Part shown: piece by piece, positions 13,165 to 23,234 of the stretch
Position numbering within the stretch: the first letter of the stretch is position 1
Layout of the letters: each line of letters opens with the position of its first letter
Source of the DNA: Hemiscyllium ocellatum
Lineage: Eukaryota
Length of the DNA: 64,000 bases
Direction: 5' to 3'
NCBI RefSeq assembly: GCF_020745735.1
Contig: NC_083409.1
Location: 18,496,341-18,560,340, forward strand
Notes under the pieces: generated by a model
Databases searched by the model: none
What the model was told of the DNA's origin: nothing
The model's input: the letters and a program-made list of their open reading frames with translations, nothing else
Position numbers and translations under genes: made by a program

Positions 13165-14550
13165 TAGAGTCAAAGAGTCATCGAGTCCTACAGCACAGAG
13201 ACAGGCTTTTTGGTCCACACTGGTCCATGCTGACCAAAATGTCCATCCACAATAACCCCATTTCCCTGAACTTGGCCCATATCCTTCGGAGCCTTTCCTA
13301 TCCAAGTATTTGTCCAAATGCCTTTTTAAAGTTGTTAATATACCTGCTTTAATCACTTCCACTGGCAGCTCATTCCATATGTGTGCCACCCTCTGTGTAA
13401 AAAGTTGCCCCTCAGGTTCCCTTTTATTCTTTCCCCTCTAACCTAAAACCCATCTCATCCTCAATTCCCCAAACCCTGGGAAAAAGACTGAGTGCATTCA
13501 CCCTATCCATGTCTCTCAAGGTATTATACACTTCTAAAAAAAAAACCCCTCAGTCTCCTACACTCTCCGAAAAAAGTCCTAGCCTGTCCAACCTCTCACA
13601 AAAACTCAGACTGTTGAGTCCTGGCAACATGCTTGTACATTTCCTCTGAACTCTTTCCAGTTTAATAATGTCCTTCCTATAACAAGGTGACCAAATACTC
13701 AAAGTGGGACCTCACCAATGTTCTGTACAATGGTAACATAACTTCTCAACTTCTATACTCAATGCCCTGACTGATGAAGGCCAGTGTGTCAAAAGCCTTC
13801 CTCACTGCCCTGTCGAACTGTGACTCAACTTCCAGAGAACCGTGTACCTGAACTCCAAGATTTCTCTGTTTCACTACAGTCCTTAAGGCCTTACCATTCA
13901 CCATGGTACTCCCACCTCGATTAAACTTCCTAAAGTGCAAGACCTCACAATTATCTCTCTGAACTCATTTTGTCATTTCTCTGTGGGCGGCACGGTGGCA
14001 CAGTGGTTAGCACTGCTGCCTCACAGCGCCTGTAGACCCGGGTTCAATTCCCGACTCAGGCGACTGACTGTGTGGAGTTTGCACGTTCTCCCCGTGTCTG
14101 CGTGGGTTTCCTCCGGGTGCTCCGGTTTCCTCCCACAGTCCAAAGATGTGCGGGTCAGGTGAATTGGCCAAGCTAAATTGCCCGTAGTGTTAGGTAAGGG
14201 GTAAATGTAGGGGTATGGGTGGGTTGCGCTTCGGCGGGTCGGTGTGGACTTGTTGGGCCGAAGGGCCTGTTTCCACACTGTAAGTCTAATCTAATCTAAT
14301 CTAATCTGCCCATTTCTCCAGCTGATCAAGGTCCTGCTGCAATTTCTGATAACCTCCCTCAATGTCTATTGTAATGTCATCTGCAAACTTACCAATCATG
14401 CCTTGCAGATTCTCATCCAAGTTATTGATGTAAATAGCAAAGAGTAATGGGCCCAGGACCGAGCCCTGAGGCACTCCACTAGACACAGGCCTCTCGTCTG
14501 ACAAGCATCCTTCCACTGTTACCCACTGCTTCGTACCATCAAGCCAATTA
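13165..14550 (-). mobile_element. CR1 3' portion interrupted by a V-SINE
   Basis: SGVPQGSVLGPLLF...KFADD (ORF 14301-14516) and WNELPVEV (ORF 13162-13389). Confidence 0.9.
13985..14306 (+). mobile_element. Young HE1-like V-SINE
   Basis: Nearly identical to the copies at 8793, 23944 and 26835; (CTAAT)4 tail. Confidence 0.92.
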
Positions 14551-14759
14551 AAGAAAAGTATTTGTCTTTGGTCAGGAATTAGTTTGGAGGTAGGAGGCAG
14601 AGAGGAAGAATAGTGAGTGCATCCTCCAGTGAGGAAGATGTGAATAGTGGTATCCCCAGGGATCTGTGCTGGGAGCTCAGCTTTTTATGATATTTCTCAA
14701 TGACTTGGATGAAGAAACAGAGAACCAAACATAAAAGATTGCTGATCACACTGACTGAG

Positions 14760-14950
14760 GCAGCTTGGAGGAGGTTACAGAGATAGGGAGGGTGGAGGGC
14801 AGAGAGGGATTTGTGAACAAGGATGAGAACTTGAAAATCAAGGAGTTGCTGGAAAGGAGCCAATGTAGACACAGGGTGCAGGGGGTTGGGGGAACAGGGC
14901 TTGCTGCAAGTTTGGATACAGGCATCAGAATTTGGGATAACTGAAGGTTA
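14760..14950 (-). mobile_element. L2-clade LINE 3' fragment
   Basis: Translation LHWLL...LIFKFSSL / ILVHKSLSALHPPYLCNLLQ resembles the L2 ORF2 C-terminus. Confidence 0.65.
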
Positions 14951-15276
14951 CAGAGGGCGATTGCTGTGATGTGTGCTAGCACAACATTGGAATGGTCATG
15001 TTTGGAGTCCCACAGACATGACTGAGATTTTCAGTGGCTGCTCTGTTTAATATGGAGGATTTGGGGCTCAGATCATTCTCAGAGATGTAGCCACGTTTGT
15101 AAAGAGTCTGGTTGTGCAGCAGACCCCCAGGGAGAGGGATGGAGCTTGGACCAGGAGGTGAAGAGGATGGCTTTGATCTTCTCAATATGTTTCACAGTGA
15201 GTCCAGGCTTTTCAGTCCTGACTGCTCTTAGCTGCTGTGATTGTCACTGATCGGACACTTATTATTAGAGATTCTG

Positions 15277-15423
15277 ACCACAGCAGAAAGCCCCAGTGTA
15301 AAAAATAACTGCAAGGACTGTCAGATTGCAAAGTTGAAACTTCACCAAAAGAGGAAGTGAAAGAAGTAGCTCGTAGCAGCTGGGTGTTTGTTACTGAGAC
15401 GGGAGAAAACTGTGAACCATCTG
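15277..15423 (+). promoter_or_regulatory. Candidate B-lineage enhancer (RUNX, IRF, EICE, E-boxes)
   Basis: ACCACA 15277-15282, AAAGTTGAAACT 15330-15341, GGAAGTGAAA (EICE consensus GGAAnnGAAA) 15353-15362, CAGCTG 15377-15382 and CATCTG 15418-15423, in non-repeat sequence. Confidence 0.35.
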
Positions 15424-15599
15424 CACTCCCTGGAATCTGACAGCACAGGAGGCTGGTTCTGGGATATAATTTTTACAGAAACAGCACATTGATGGAAAAG
15501 TGTCAGTCACTCTCTCACAAACACATGCCTGCACTCGAGATCAGAAACAGAATCCAGCAGCAGCACTGTCTCCAAGCTGTGAAACCTGCACAGAATTGT

Positions 15600-16135
15600 T
15601 CCCTCATTCAGTTTTAACTGGCAGGATAGACCAAGCAGGGGAGGCAACACAGTGATGTGTACAGTCGGAAGGGAGTTGCCCTGGGAGTCCTCACCATTAA
15701 CTATGGAACCCATGAAGCCTCATGACAGCAGGTCAAACATGGGGAAGGAAACCTCCTGCTGATTACCACATAGCACCGCCCTCCCCTCCAACCTCAACTG
15801 AGCAGTCAGTCCTCCTCCATGTTGAACAACACTTGGAGGGAGCACTGAGGGTGGGAAGGATGCAGCATATACCCTGAGTAAGGGTCTTCAAAGTCCACCA
15901 TCAAAAGCTGCTCAGAAGCATCACTACTGAGCAAGCTGGTCAAGTTCCACCTGATTCAGCTGCTAGACTGGACCTGGGGCAGGTGGTGAGGGAACCAACA
16001 AGAGGGAAAAACACACTCACTATCACCCTCACCAACCTGCCTGCTGCTGGTGTATCTGCCCATGACAGTATCAGTAAGGGTGACCACCGCACAGTCCGTG
16101 TGGAGACAAAATCCCATCTTCACATTTAAGTTACC
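15600..16135 (+). mobile_element. Endonuclease fragment of a second non-LTR (CR1/L2 group) LINE family
   Basis: Degenerate APE motifs GVALGVL, KHGEGNLLLITT, EPTRGKN...LTNLPAA...DSIS..DHRTV. Confidence 0.7.
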
Positions 16136-17389
16136 TTACATTTTGTTGGGTAAGAGATACAGGATGTCAGGAAGAAATTTGTGTTTAGCAGCAATTGGTA
16201 ATGACTTGGAAATTAGTGCCCATTCAGGTGAGACAGGTGAAGACACTCAGTGATTGCAATGGCAGATTGGATGGGCTCTTGACGGAAATAAACCTGCGAG
16301 GCTCTGGGGGTGAGTAGGGGAGGGGGTGGGACTGACTGGATTGCTCCATGAAATGACAGCATTTTCCTGACAGGCTGAATGTTCTCCCCCTTTGCTGGAA
16401 ATAGGTCTCACTCAATGAGGGGTTCACATTTAGAGAGTTTGGATGCAGTAAATACAGGACAAATTGTTTGTCCAGGCAGGAGAGTCAGTAACCAGAGGGC
16501 ACACATTTCAGAAAGAGTCTGAAGAACAAAAGAGAAGATAGGAACATTTTTTATCCAGCGAGTTCATGATGTCTGTCTGCAAGGTGAGTGGAAGTGGATT
16601 CAACAGCAACTTTTAAAAGGGTGTTTGGAGAAATAGCTGTAAAGGAAACAATTACAAGATTATACAGGAAGGGCTGGGTAAATAGGACTCATTGGATTAA
16701 TTTGACTAACAGTCACAATAGGCCCAGTGACCTCTGTCTGTGCTGTATAAGAACTTACACACACTTAGTCTCACCTTTACACAAAGACTGGGAGAAACAG
16801 ACAACCCAATTTACAGAAGAATGCTTTCTCAAACACTCTTGAACCAACTCAGGGAACAGGCCCAGACTAGATTTACTAGAGTAAGTCAGCTAATCACTGA
16901 CAAGGGAACAGTAAACCAAAAGCAATGGGACTGAACAATATATTCAATAGCACACCAATCGAGAGGAGGAGGGATGAAGGGCAGGAGGTCAGAGAGCCTG
17001 AAGGCTCTGCTGTCAATGGTGGGATGGAGGAAGCAGCAATGGACAGGAGACCAGAGACAGAAGATGGAAGGGGGAGGGAGGGAATGTGAGTCTGCAGTAG
17101 GACACAGATTGAGGGAGGAGGGAGGCCATGGAGGCAATTGGCTGGCAGTGAGTTCATTCTTGAACGACTTCAGATGTCAGACAAGGAATGGACCACTCCA
17201 TATTAGACAAGTTGGGGTTTATGGAATGTGACTTCAGGAAGCTGGGAGAGGACATTGGAATCAATAGTTAGGACAAGCAGGAATTAGTGTTTCTGTGGCC
17301 AGGGGACTGAAGTCGTGCAGAGACAGACAGCGTTGTTGAGACTGAAATAAGAGAACTTCATGATGGAGTGGATTTGGGGTTTGCAGCTC

Positions 17390-19030
17390 AAGTACTGGAC
17401 AGTCCAGTGGGAAGTAGGCCCATGTTTACTGGTCTCTCCTGAAGCATCCAGTGAGAAGGAGGTCCATGTTTATTGGTGTCTGTTGGAGGTTCCAGTGGGT
17501 CAGAAGTCCATGTTTACTGGTCCTGTGGGAAGGTGGCTCATGTATACATCATCATAGAGTCATAGAGGTTTACAGCATGGAATCAGGCCCTTCAGCCCAA
17601 CTCATCCATGCCCACCAAGTTTCCAAAACTGTACTAATCCCATTTGCCTGTGTTTGGCCCAAATCGCTCTGAATCCTTCCTATCCATGTTGCTGTAAAAA
17701 TCTCCTTGAAATGTAGTAACTGTACTCCCCTCTACCACTTCCTCTGGCAGCTCATTGCACATACACACCAACCTCTGTGTGAAAAGGTTCGCTCTCAGTT
17801 TCCTTCTAATTCTTTCCCCCCTCAACTTAAACCTATTCCTTCTAGTACTGGATTCTCCTACCCTGGGGAAAAGACTTTGGCTATTTACCTTATCTATGAC
17901 TCTCATGATTCAATAAACCTATATAAGGTCACCCCTAAATCTCCTGCATTCCCTGGAAAAACATCTTGCATATCCATCCTCGCCTTATAATTCAAGCCCT
18001 CCAATCTTGGTAACATCCCTGTTGATCTTTCTTTTATTCAAACCACTGTCATAACTTCCTTCCTATAGCAGGGTGAGCAGAAAAATACACAGTGACCAAA
18101 CGTGGCCTTCCCAATGCCTTGTACCGCTGTAACATGATGTCCCAGCTCCTGTACTCCCTCCTTTGACCAGTGAAGGTGAGCGTGCCAAATACCTTCTTCA
18201 TCACCCTGTCTACCTGTGACACCATTTTCAAGGAACTAAGTACCTGTACCCCTCGGTCTCTCTGTTCAACAACACTCCCCATGGCTCTACCATTAATTGT
18301 GTAATTCCTGCCCTGGTTTGTCTTACCAAAATGCAACTCCTTCTTTTTATCAAAATTTCCATCTGGATTTGTTGACTCACTGGCCCAGTTGATCAAGATG
18401 ACATTGCACTTTTGGATAACCTTCTTCCCTGTCCACTATGCCAACAATTTTAATGTCAGCCAAAAATTTCCTGACCGTTCCTGCTATTTTGTCTCCAAAT
18501 AGTTCATATAAATGATGAACAACAGTGGATCCAGGATCGATTCTTGTGGCAGACGGCTGGTCACTGGCCTCCAGTCTGAAGAACAAGCCTCTTTCACCAG
18601 CCTCTGCCTCCTATCATCAGGCCAATTTTATATCCAATTTGCTCGGTCTCCTTGGATCCTATGTGATATAATCTTACTGAGCATTCTACCATGAGGAACC
18701 TTGTCTAAGGCCTTGCTAAAGTCCAAGTAAACATAGTGTACTGCTCTAGCTTTATCTAGGTTTGTGATTACTTCTTCAAAAACTCAGTCATCTACTGGTC
18801 TGAATTGGAAAGTGCAATGAATAGGAGGCCCATGTTTACGGATTTCTCTTGGAGGATCAAATCAGAAGTAGGCCAATGTTCACTGGTTTCTGTTGGAGGT
18901 TCCAGCGGGAAGAAGCCCATATTTACTGGTCTCTTCTGGGAACTTCAGTGGAAGGAAGCCCATGTCTCTCTATCGAGCAGCCTTGTGAACTGAATTCCAT
19001 GTTTAGTGGACTCTGTTGGAGAGTCTAGTA
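17390..19030. repeat. ~40-bp degenerate minisatellite (AGGCCCATGTTTACTGGTC core) split by a CR1
   Basis: Units at 17390-17545 and 18790-19030 flank a minus-strand CR1. Confidence 0.75.
17546..18790 (-). mobile_element. 5'-truncated CR1 LINE
   Basis: CATAGAGTCATAGAG tail at the left end; ORFs 17634-17906, 18049-18396 and 18377-18586 carry CR1 RT motifs. Confidence 0.9.
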
Positions 19031-19479
19031 CGTCATGAACACATGGTGGGCGTGGGATCAGTTCCTTTCTGTTGTAACTGTGTGATGCTCCAGCCCTCAT
19101 CCCAGTCAAACAGCCTGATTCAGAGACTGATCATGGAAGGGGAAGGAAAGGGAAAAGGATTGGAACATGTTGTGGATGGACAGGCTGGATCACTGGGTCA
19201 GAAAATGTCATTTTCTCTCCAGCTCACACTGATGGCCTGAGGATCTCCTCTCTCTGCTGGGCCTTCATGGAATGAGGTCCAAACCAGTCCCCAGTGAGAA
19301 TAGGGCAACAGAACAGAACTGCCTTTCATTTGACAAGAATCTGTCCGTCGTCCTGAATGAGGTCAAACCCTGGTCAGTGTGAGAAATGGGGAGTTACTCC
19401 AGGAAAAGACATGTTTTTGGGTCAAGGGTTAACATCCATTAGTGGGGCAGAGCAGAGGAAGATTTATCCTGAATTCAAC

Positions 19480-20050
19480 TGTCACCACCTGGGACACTGT
19501 GAGAAAGACAGAGAAGCAAGACAAAGAGAGAGGTAAAGGCAAATTGTGTGTGTGATCGAGCGATAGAGGGAGGGGCATCTGAGACAGTGTGAGATATGTG
19601 AAGGGGCCAAGAGAGAGGTAGAGGGAGGTAGAAGTGGTGTGATTGAGGGATAGAGAGAGAGAGAGAAACAAGATGTGATTGATCGGGATGGATAGAGAAA
19701 AAGAGATAGGATGGGTGTGATACCAAGAGTGAAGGGAATCAAGAGAGAGTGGGTAGGGTTGAGTGTGTGTGAGAGAGAGAGAGACATGAGTATGGTAAGA
19801 GACAGAATGACAGAGATGGAGGGAGAGAGACTGTAGATTGGGATGCAGAGAGGGAGGGATAGACAGAGAGAGGAATAGAGAGGGGCAATTAACATTTGGA
19901 GGTTTTCAATTGAAGTGAGCAATGGAGCGAGTGATGGTGAGAGAGAAAGATGCAGAAATAGAGATTATAGAACGGAGTGAGGAAGTGTAAGTTGGAGAGA
20001 GTGGCTTTGAGACAGAGTGAGAGAGAGAGAGAGACAGAGAGAGACAGAGG
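19480..20050. repeat. GA-rich polypurine low-complexity tract
   Basis: Long imperfect (GA)n/(GAGT)n runs; ORFs over it are S/L-rich artefacts. Confidence 0.9.
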
Positions 20051-21069
20051 GACAAGTCCTGGTCACAACATTCTTGGAAGGATGTGATTGTACTTGAGAG
20101 GGTGCAGAGATTCACCAGGATGCTGCCTGGGATGGAGGGTCAGCTGTGGGGAAAGATTGGAATGGTTGGGGTTGTTTTCCTTGTAGCAGTGAAGGCTGAG
20201 AGGGGACCTGATAGAGGGGGATAAGATTATTCAGGGCAGTGATAGGGTGAGTAGGAAGGCACTTTTTACAAGAGTCAAGGACTCACTAACCAGGGACAGA
20301 GATTGAAGGAAAAATAGACATGGACACAAAAAAACTGCGGCAGGAGTAGGCCATTCGGCCCTTTGAGACTGTTCTGTCATTCAGTATGATCATGGCTGAT
20401 CCTCTCTCTTGAATTCACCTTCCTACTTTCTCCCCATTCCCTTCATGCTGTTAAAATGCAAAACCAATATCTCTCTCTTTCTCTTAAATATATTCAGTTC
20501 CTTGTCCTCCATAGCCTTCACTGGAAGATAATTCCATAGATCGACCATCCTCTGAATGAAGAAATGTTTCCTCATCTCAGTCTGAAATGGTCTTCCCCAT
20601 ATCCCCCTGAGACTGTATCCCCCGGTTCCAGACTCTCCAACCAGGGGAAACCTCCTCCCTGCCCAGCCCTGTTAGAATATTATACATTTCAATCAGATCC
20701 CCTCTTATCCTTCTGAGTCCAGGCCCAATCGAGTTGGAGAGTGAGAGGAGAGTTAGGGAGAAATGTTTTCACTCAGAGGGTGGTGGGAGTCTGGAACTCA
20801 CTGCCTGAAAGGCTGGTTGAGTCACAAACTTTCGTGACATTGGAGCAGTGTTTAGATATTCCTTTGTGTTGCTGTAGCTCCCAGGGTAACGGGCCAAGAG
20901 CTGGAGGATCATCAGATCTTTGTTTAACAGCACAGACACAATGGGCCAACTGGCCTCATTCAGTGCTGTCCACATCAATGATTCTCTGAGACAGAGAGAG
21001 AGATAGAGATAGAGAGAGAGAGAGAAGAGGAAGTGTGAGGGGCTGACGTGGTTGTCTCTGCCTGATGCC

Positions 21070-21123
21070 ATTTACATACTGAGGAACACCCAGTCAGACT
21101 CTCACAGGCTGCAGCTTTATAAA
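21070..21123 (+). promoter_or_regulatory. Ig light-chain V promoter: octamer variant and TATA box
   Basis: ATTTACAT at 21070-21077 (one mismatch to ATTTGCAT) and TTTATAAA at 21116-21123, upstream of the leader ATG at 21184. Confidence 0.65.
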
Positions 21124-21183
21124 GCAGAGCCCAGTGAAGGGAGAGTTTATCAGGAACCAGGCACAGGGACAGGAGCACACACC

Positions 21184-21232
21184 ATGATTTCGCACATCCA
21201 GCTGATCTGGCCCCTGGAATTCTGTGTCGCAG
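21184..21232 (+). pseudogene. IGKV: Ig kappa (NS4/type III) leader exon
   Basis: MISHIQLIWPLEFCVA-G followed by GT donor at 21233; matches the recalled shark NS4 leader MISHIQLIWPLAFCVAG. Confidence 0.92.
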
Positions 21233-21418
21233 GTACAAATCTCTCTCCTTCCACCTTGAATCTTTCGCTGCTCTCCATTTCACTCCAATTCCACTGACTT
21301 GTGATTGAAGGGAAAATGCTGAAACCAGAGGAATGCTCAGTGTCTCCAACAATCTCTCATTTGACAGGCTCTTTCTGTGAAAGTTCTGACTTCACTGTGT
21401 TTCTCTCTGAGCCCTCAG

Positions 21419-21706
21419 GTATCAGTGAGGACATCATCATGACCCAGTCTCCCCCACTGCTGTCAGTGGGACTGGGCCAGACCGTAACCATCATCTGTAC
21501 GGCCATTAGCAGCTACCTTGCTTGGTACCAGTAGCGAGAAGGTCAGAAACCCTCTCTCCCGATCTACAATGCAGCAACTCAACTCACAGGAGTCTCTGAG
21601 CAATTCACCGGCAGTGGATCAGGGACCAGTTTCACCCTGACAATCAGCAACATTCAGAATGAGGATGTTGCTGACTATGACTGTCAGCAGCATTACAGCT
21701 GGCCTT
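21419..21706 (+). pseudogene. IGKV: Ig kappa V exon, pseudogene (in-frame TAG 21532-21534)
   Basis: AG acceptor 21417-21418; [94 protein letters not shown]. Cys23, Trp35 and Cys88 present. Confidence 0.95.
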
Positions 21707-21734
21707 AACGGTGATACAGGGCCATCCAAAAATC
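21707..21734 (+). promoter_or_regulatory. V 12-spacer RSS, defective
   Basis: Heptamer AACGGTG (consensus CACAGTG), 12-bp spacer ATACAGGGCCAT, nonamer CCAAAAATC (consensus ACAAAAACC). Confidence 0.88.
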
Positions 21735-22128
21735 TCAATATGCACAGCACCACCACCTGTACTAACACATTCCACATTTTTGTGACATATACACAGTTCC
21801 ACCTCCTGCACTGACACATCCACAGTTATATGTAAATGAAATTGAACAAATTACCCCATACCGGGATTGTCACTGTACATGACACACTCCAGTCCCTGTG
21901 GTGTCCACCGCTCACTGAAGGCCTCAAGTTTCCCTCTTGCATTCCATGGCCACATGTGAAGAGCAGCTGCAAGATTTAACATCGAAAAATAAAGTTCACA
22001 AACTGCACAAGCCCAGCTGAACACTACCGAGAGAGACAGAGGGAGGGCAGGGAGAGGGTGAGACTAAGTAAGAGACAGAGAGAGAGAGAAGGAGCGGTTG
22101 AGAGTGATGGAGGGAAGCAGAGAGCTGA

Positions 22129-22167
22129 GGTTTTTGTACAGCCTCTGCACTGGGAGCTCTCACTGTG
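22129..22167 (-). promoter_or_regulatory. J 23-spacer RSS, consensus-perfect
   Basis: GGTTTTTGT 22129-22137, exactly 23-bp spacer, CACTGTG 22161-22167. Confidence 0.97.
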
Positions 22168-22202
22168 GCTTACGTTCTGTAATGGAACCAAGCTCAGACT
22201 GA
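22168..22202 (+). other. IGKJ: Ig kappa J segment with altered FGxG motif
   Basis: LTFCNGTKLRL-(S), donor GTAAGT at 22203; phase-1 splice to C gives ...KLRLSRENSQP. Confidence 0.95.
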
Positions 22203-23234
22203 GTAAGTAAACCTCAATCCTCTGTTATTAACCCTGTCAATACTGAAATACAATTTATAAAACACAAATACTGAATTGTTGAAGTGTTGCAGTGATGGAA
22301 ATGTTTGATTGAGGAACACCGCATCCCATACGGTGTACACCTGTATTTCTTTAGTCCTATAACCCCATTAAAAAGCAAGATATAAGTCAGTAAGTTTTAC
22401 TCACCGTGTGGAGGAGCTCTGTCCATTTGCAGCCTGTGGTCCCATTCCTGCAGCATGGAATGAAATCAGTGAGTAGCCTCCTGCCAGTCTCAGTGTGACA
22501 GACACGGGGCAGATTTTAATGTGAGCTCTGGCTCCCTGTCCCAGTCTCTGATCCCACTGACCTCAGCAGCAGCACAGTAAGACACCGAGCTCCTACCTCC
22601 CCCAGCTTTAACTCTGCTCAATCACATAATCACAGAATTGTCACATTGCACGAGGAGGCCATTCTGCCCATCCTGTCTGAACTGGCTCTCCGAATGAGCA
22701 ATTCACTGAGTGTCATTCTCCTGCCTCCTCCCTGTCACCCTGAACATTGTTGCTTTTCAAATATCAGTCTCATTCCCTTTGGAATGTTTTAATTGAAGTT
22801 GCCTCCACCACGCTATCAGGCAGTGCATTCCACACCTTAACCACTCACTGGCCAAAATGTTGTTCCCCATCTCACTTTTGTGACTTTTCCCAATTGCCTT
22901 CAATCTGTGGTCTCTCAGTCTCAATCCTTTCTCAATTGGGAACATTTTCTTCCTATTTACTGTATCCAGGCCCCTCCGGATTTTAATTCCTCGAAGAAAT
23001 CTCCTCTCAGCCTTCTCCAAAGAAGTCAGTCCCAAATTCTCCAAACTATCTTAATAACTGATATTCCTCACCCCTGGAATGATCTTTGGGAATATTTTTT
23101 GCCATTTCTACAAAATTTCACCTGCTTCCTGAATGATTCACATTATCTATGTCCCTCATGATTTTATTAACCTCTGTATTGTCACCCCTCAGACTCTTAC
23201 ACTTGAGGGAAAACAGTCTCAGCTTTTCCAGCCC

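Noticed and set aside
17390-17545. Spaced repeats as a CRISPR array
   Set aside because: Vertebrate DNA; the units are degenerate tandem copies without unique spacers or cas genes.
21745-21830. CACAG motifs after V as replacement heptamers
   Set aside because: No nonamer at 12- or 23-bp spacing.
21184-22202. Germline-joined VJ, as known for some shark light-chain clusters
   Set aside because: V and J are ~460 bp apart and each retains an RSS, so the cluster is unrearranged.
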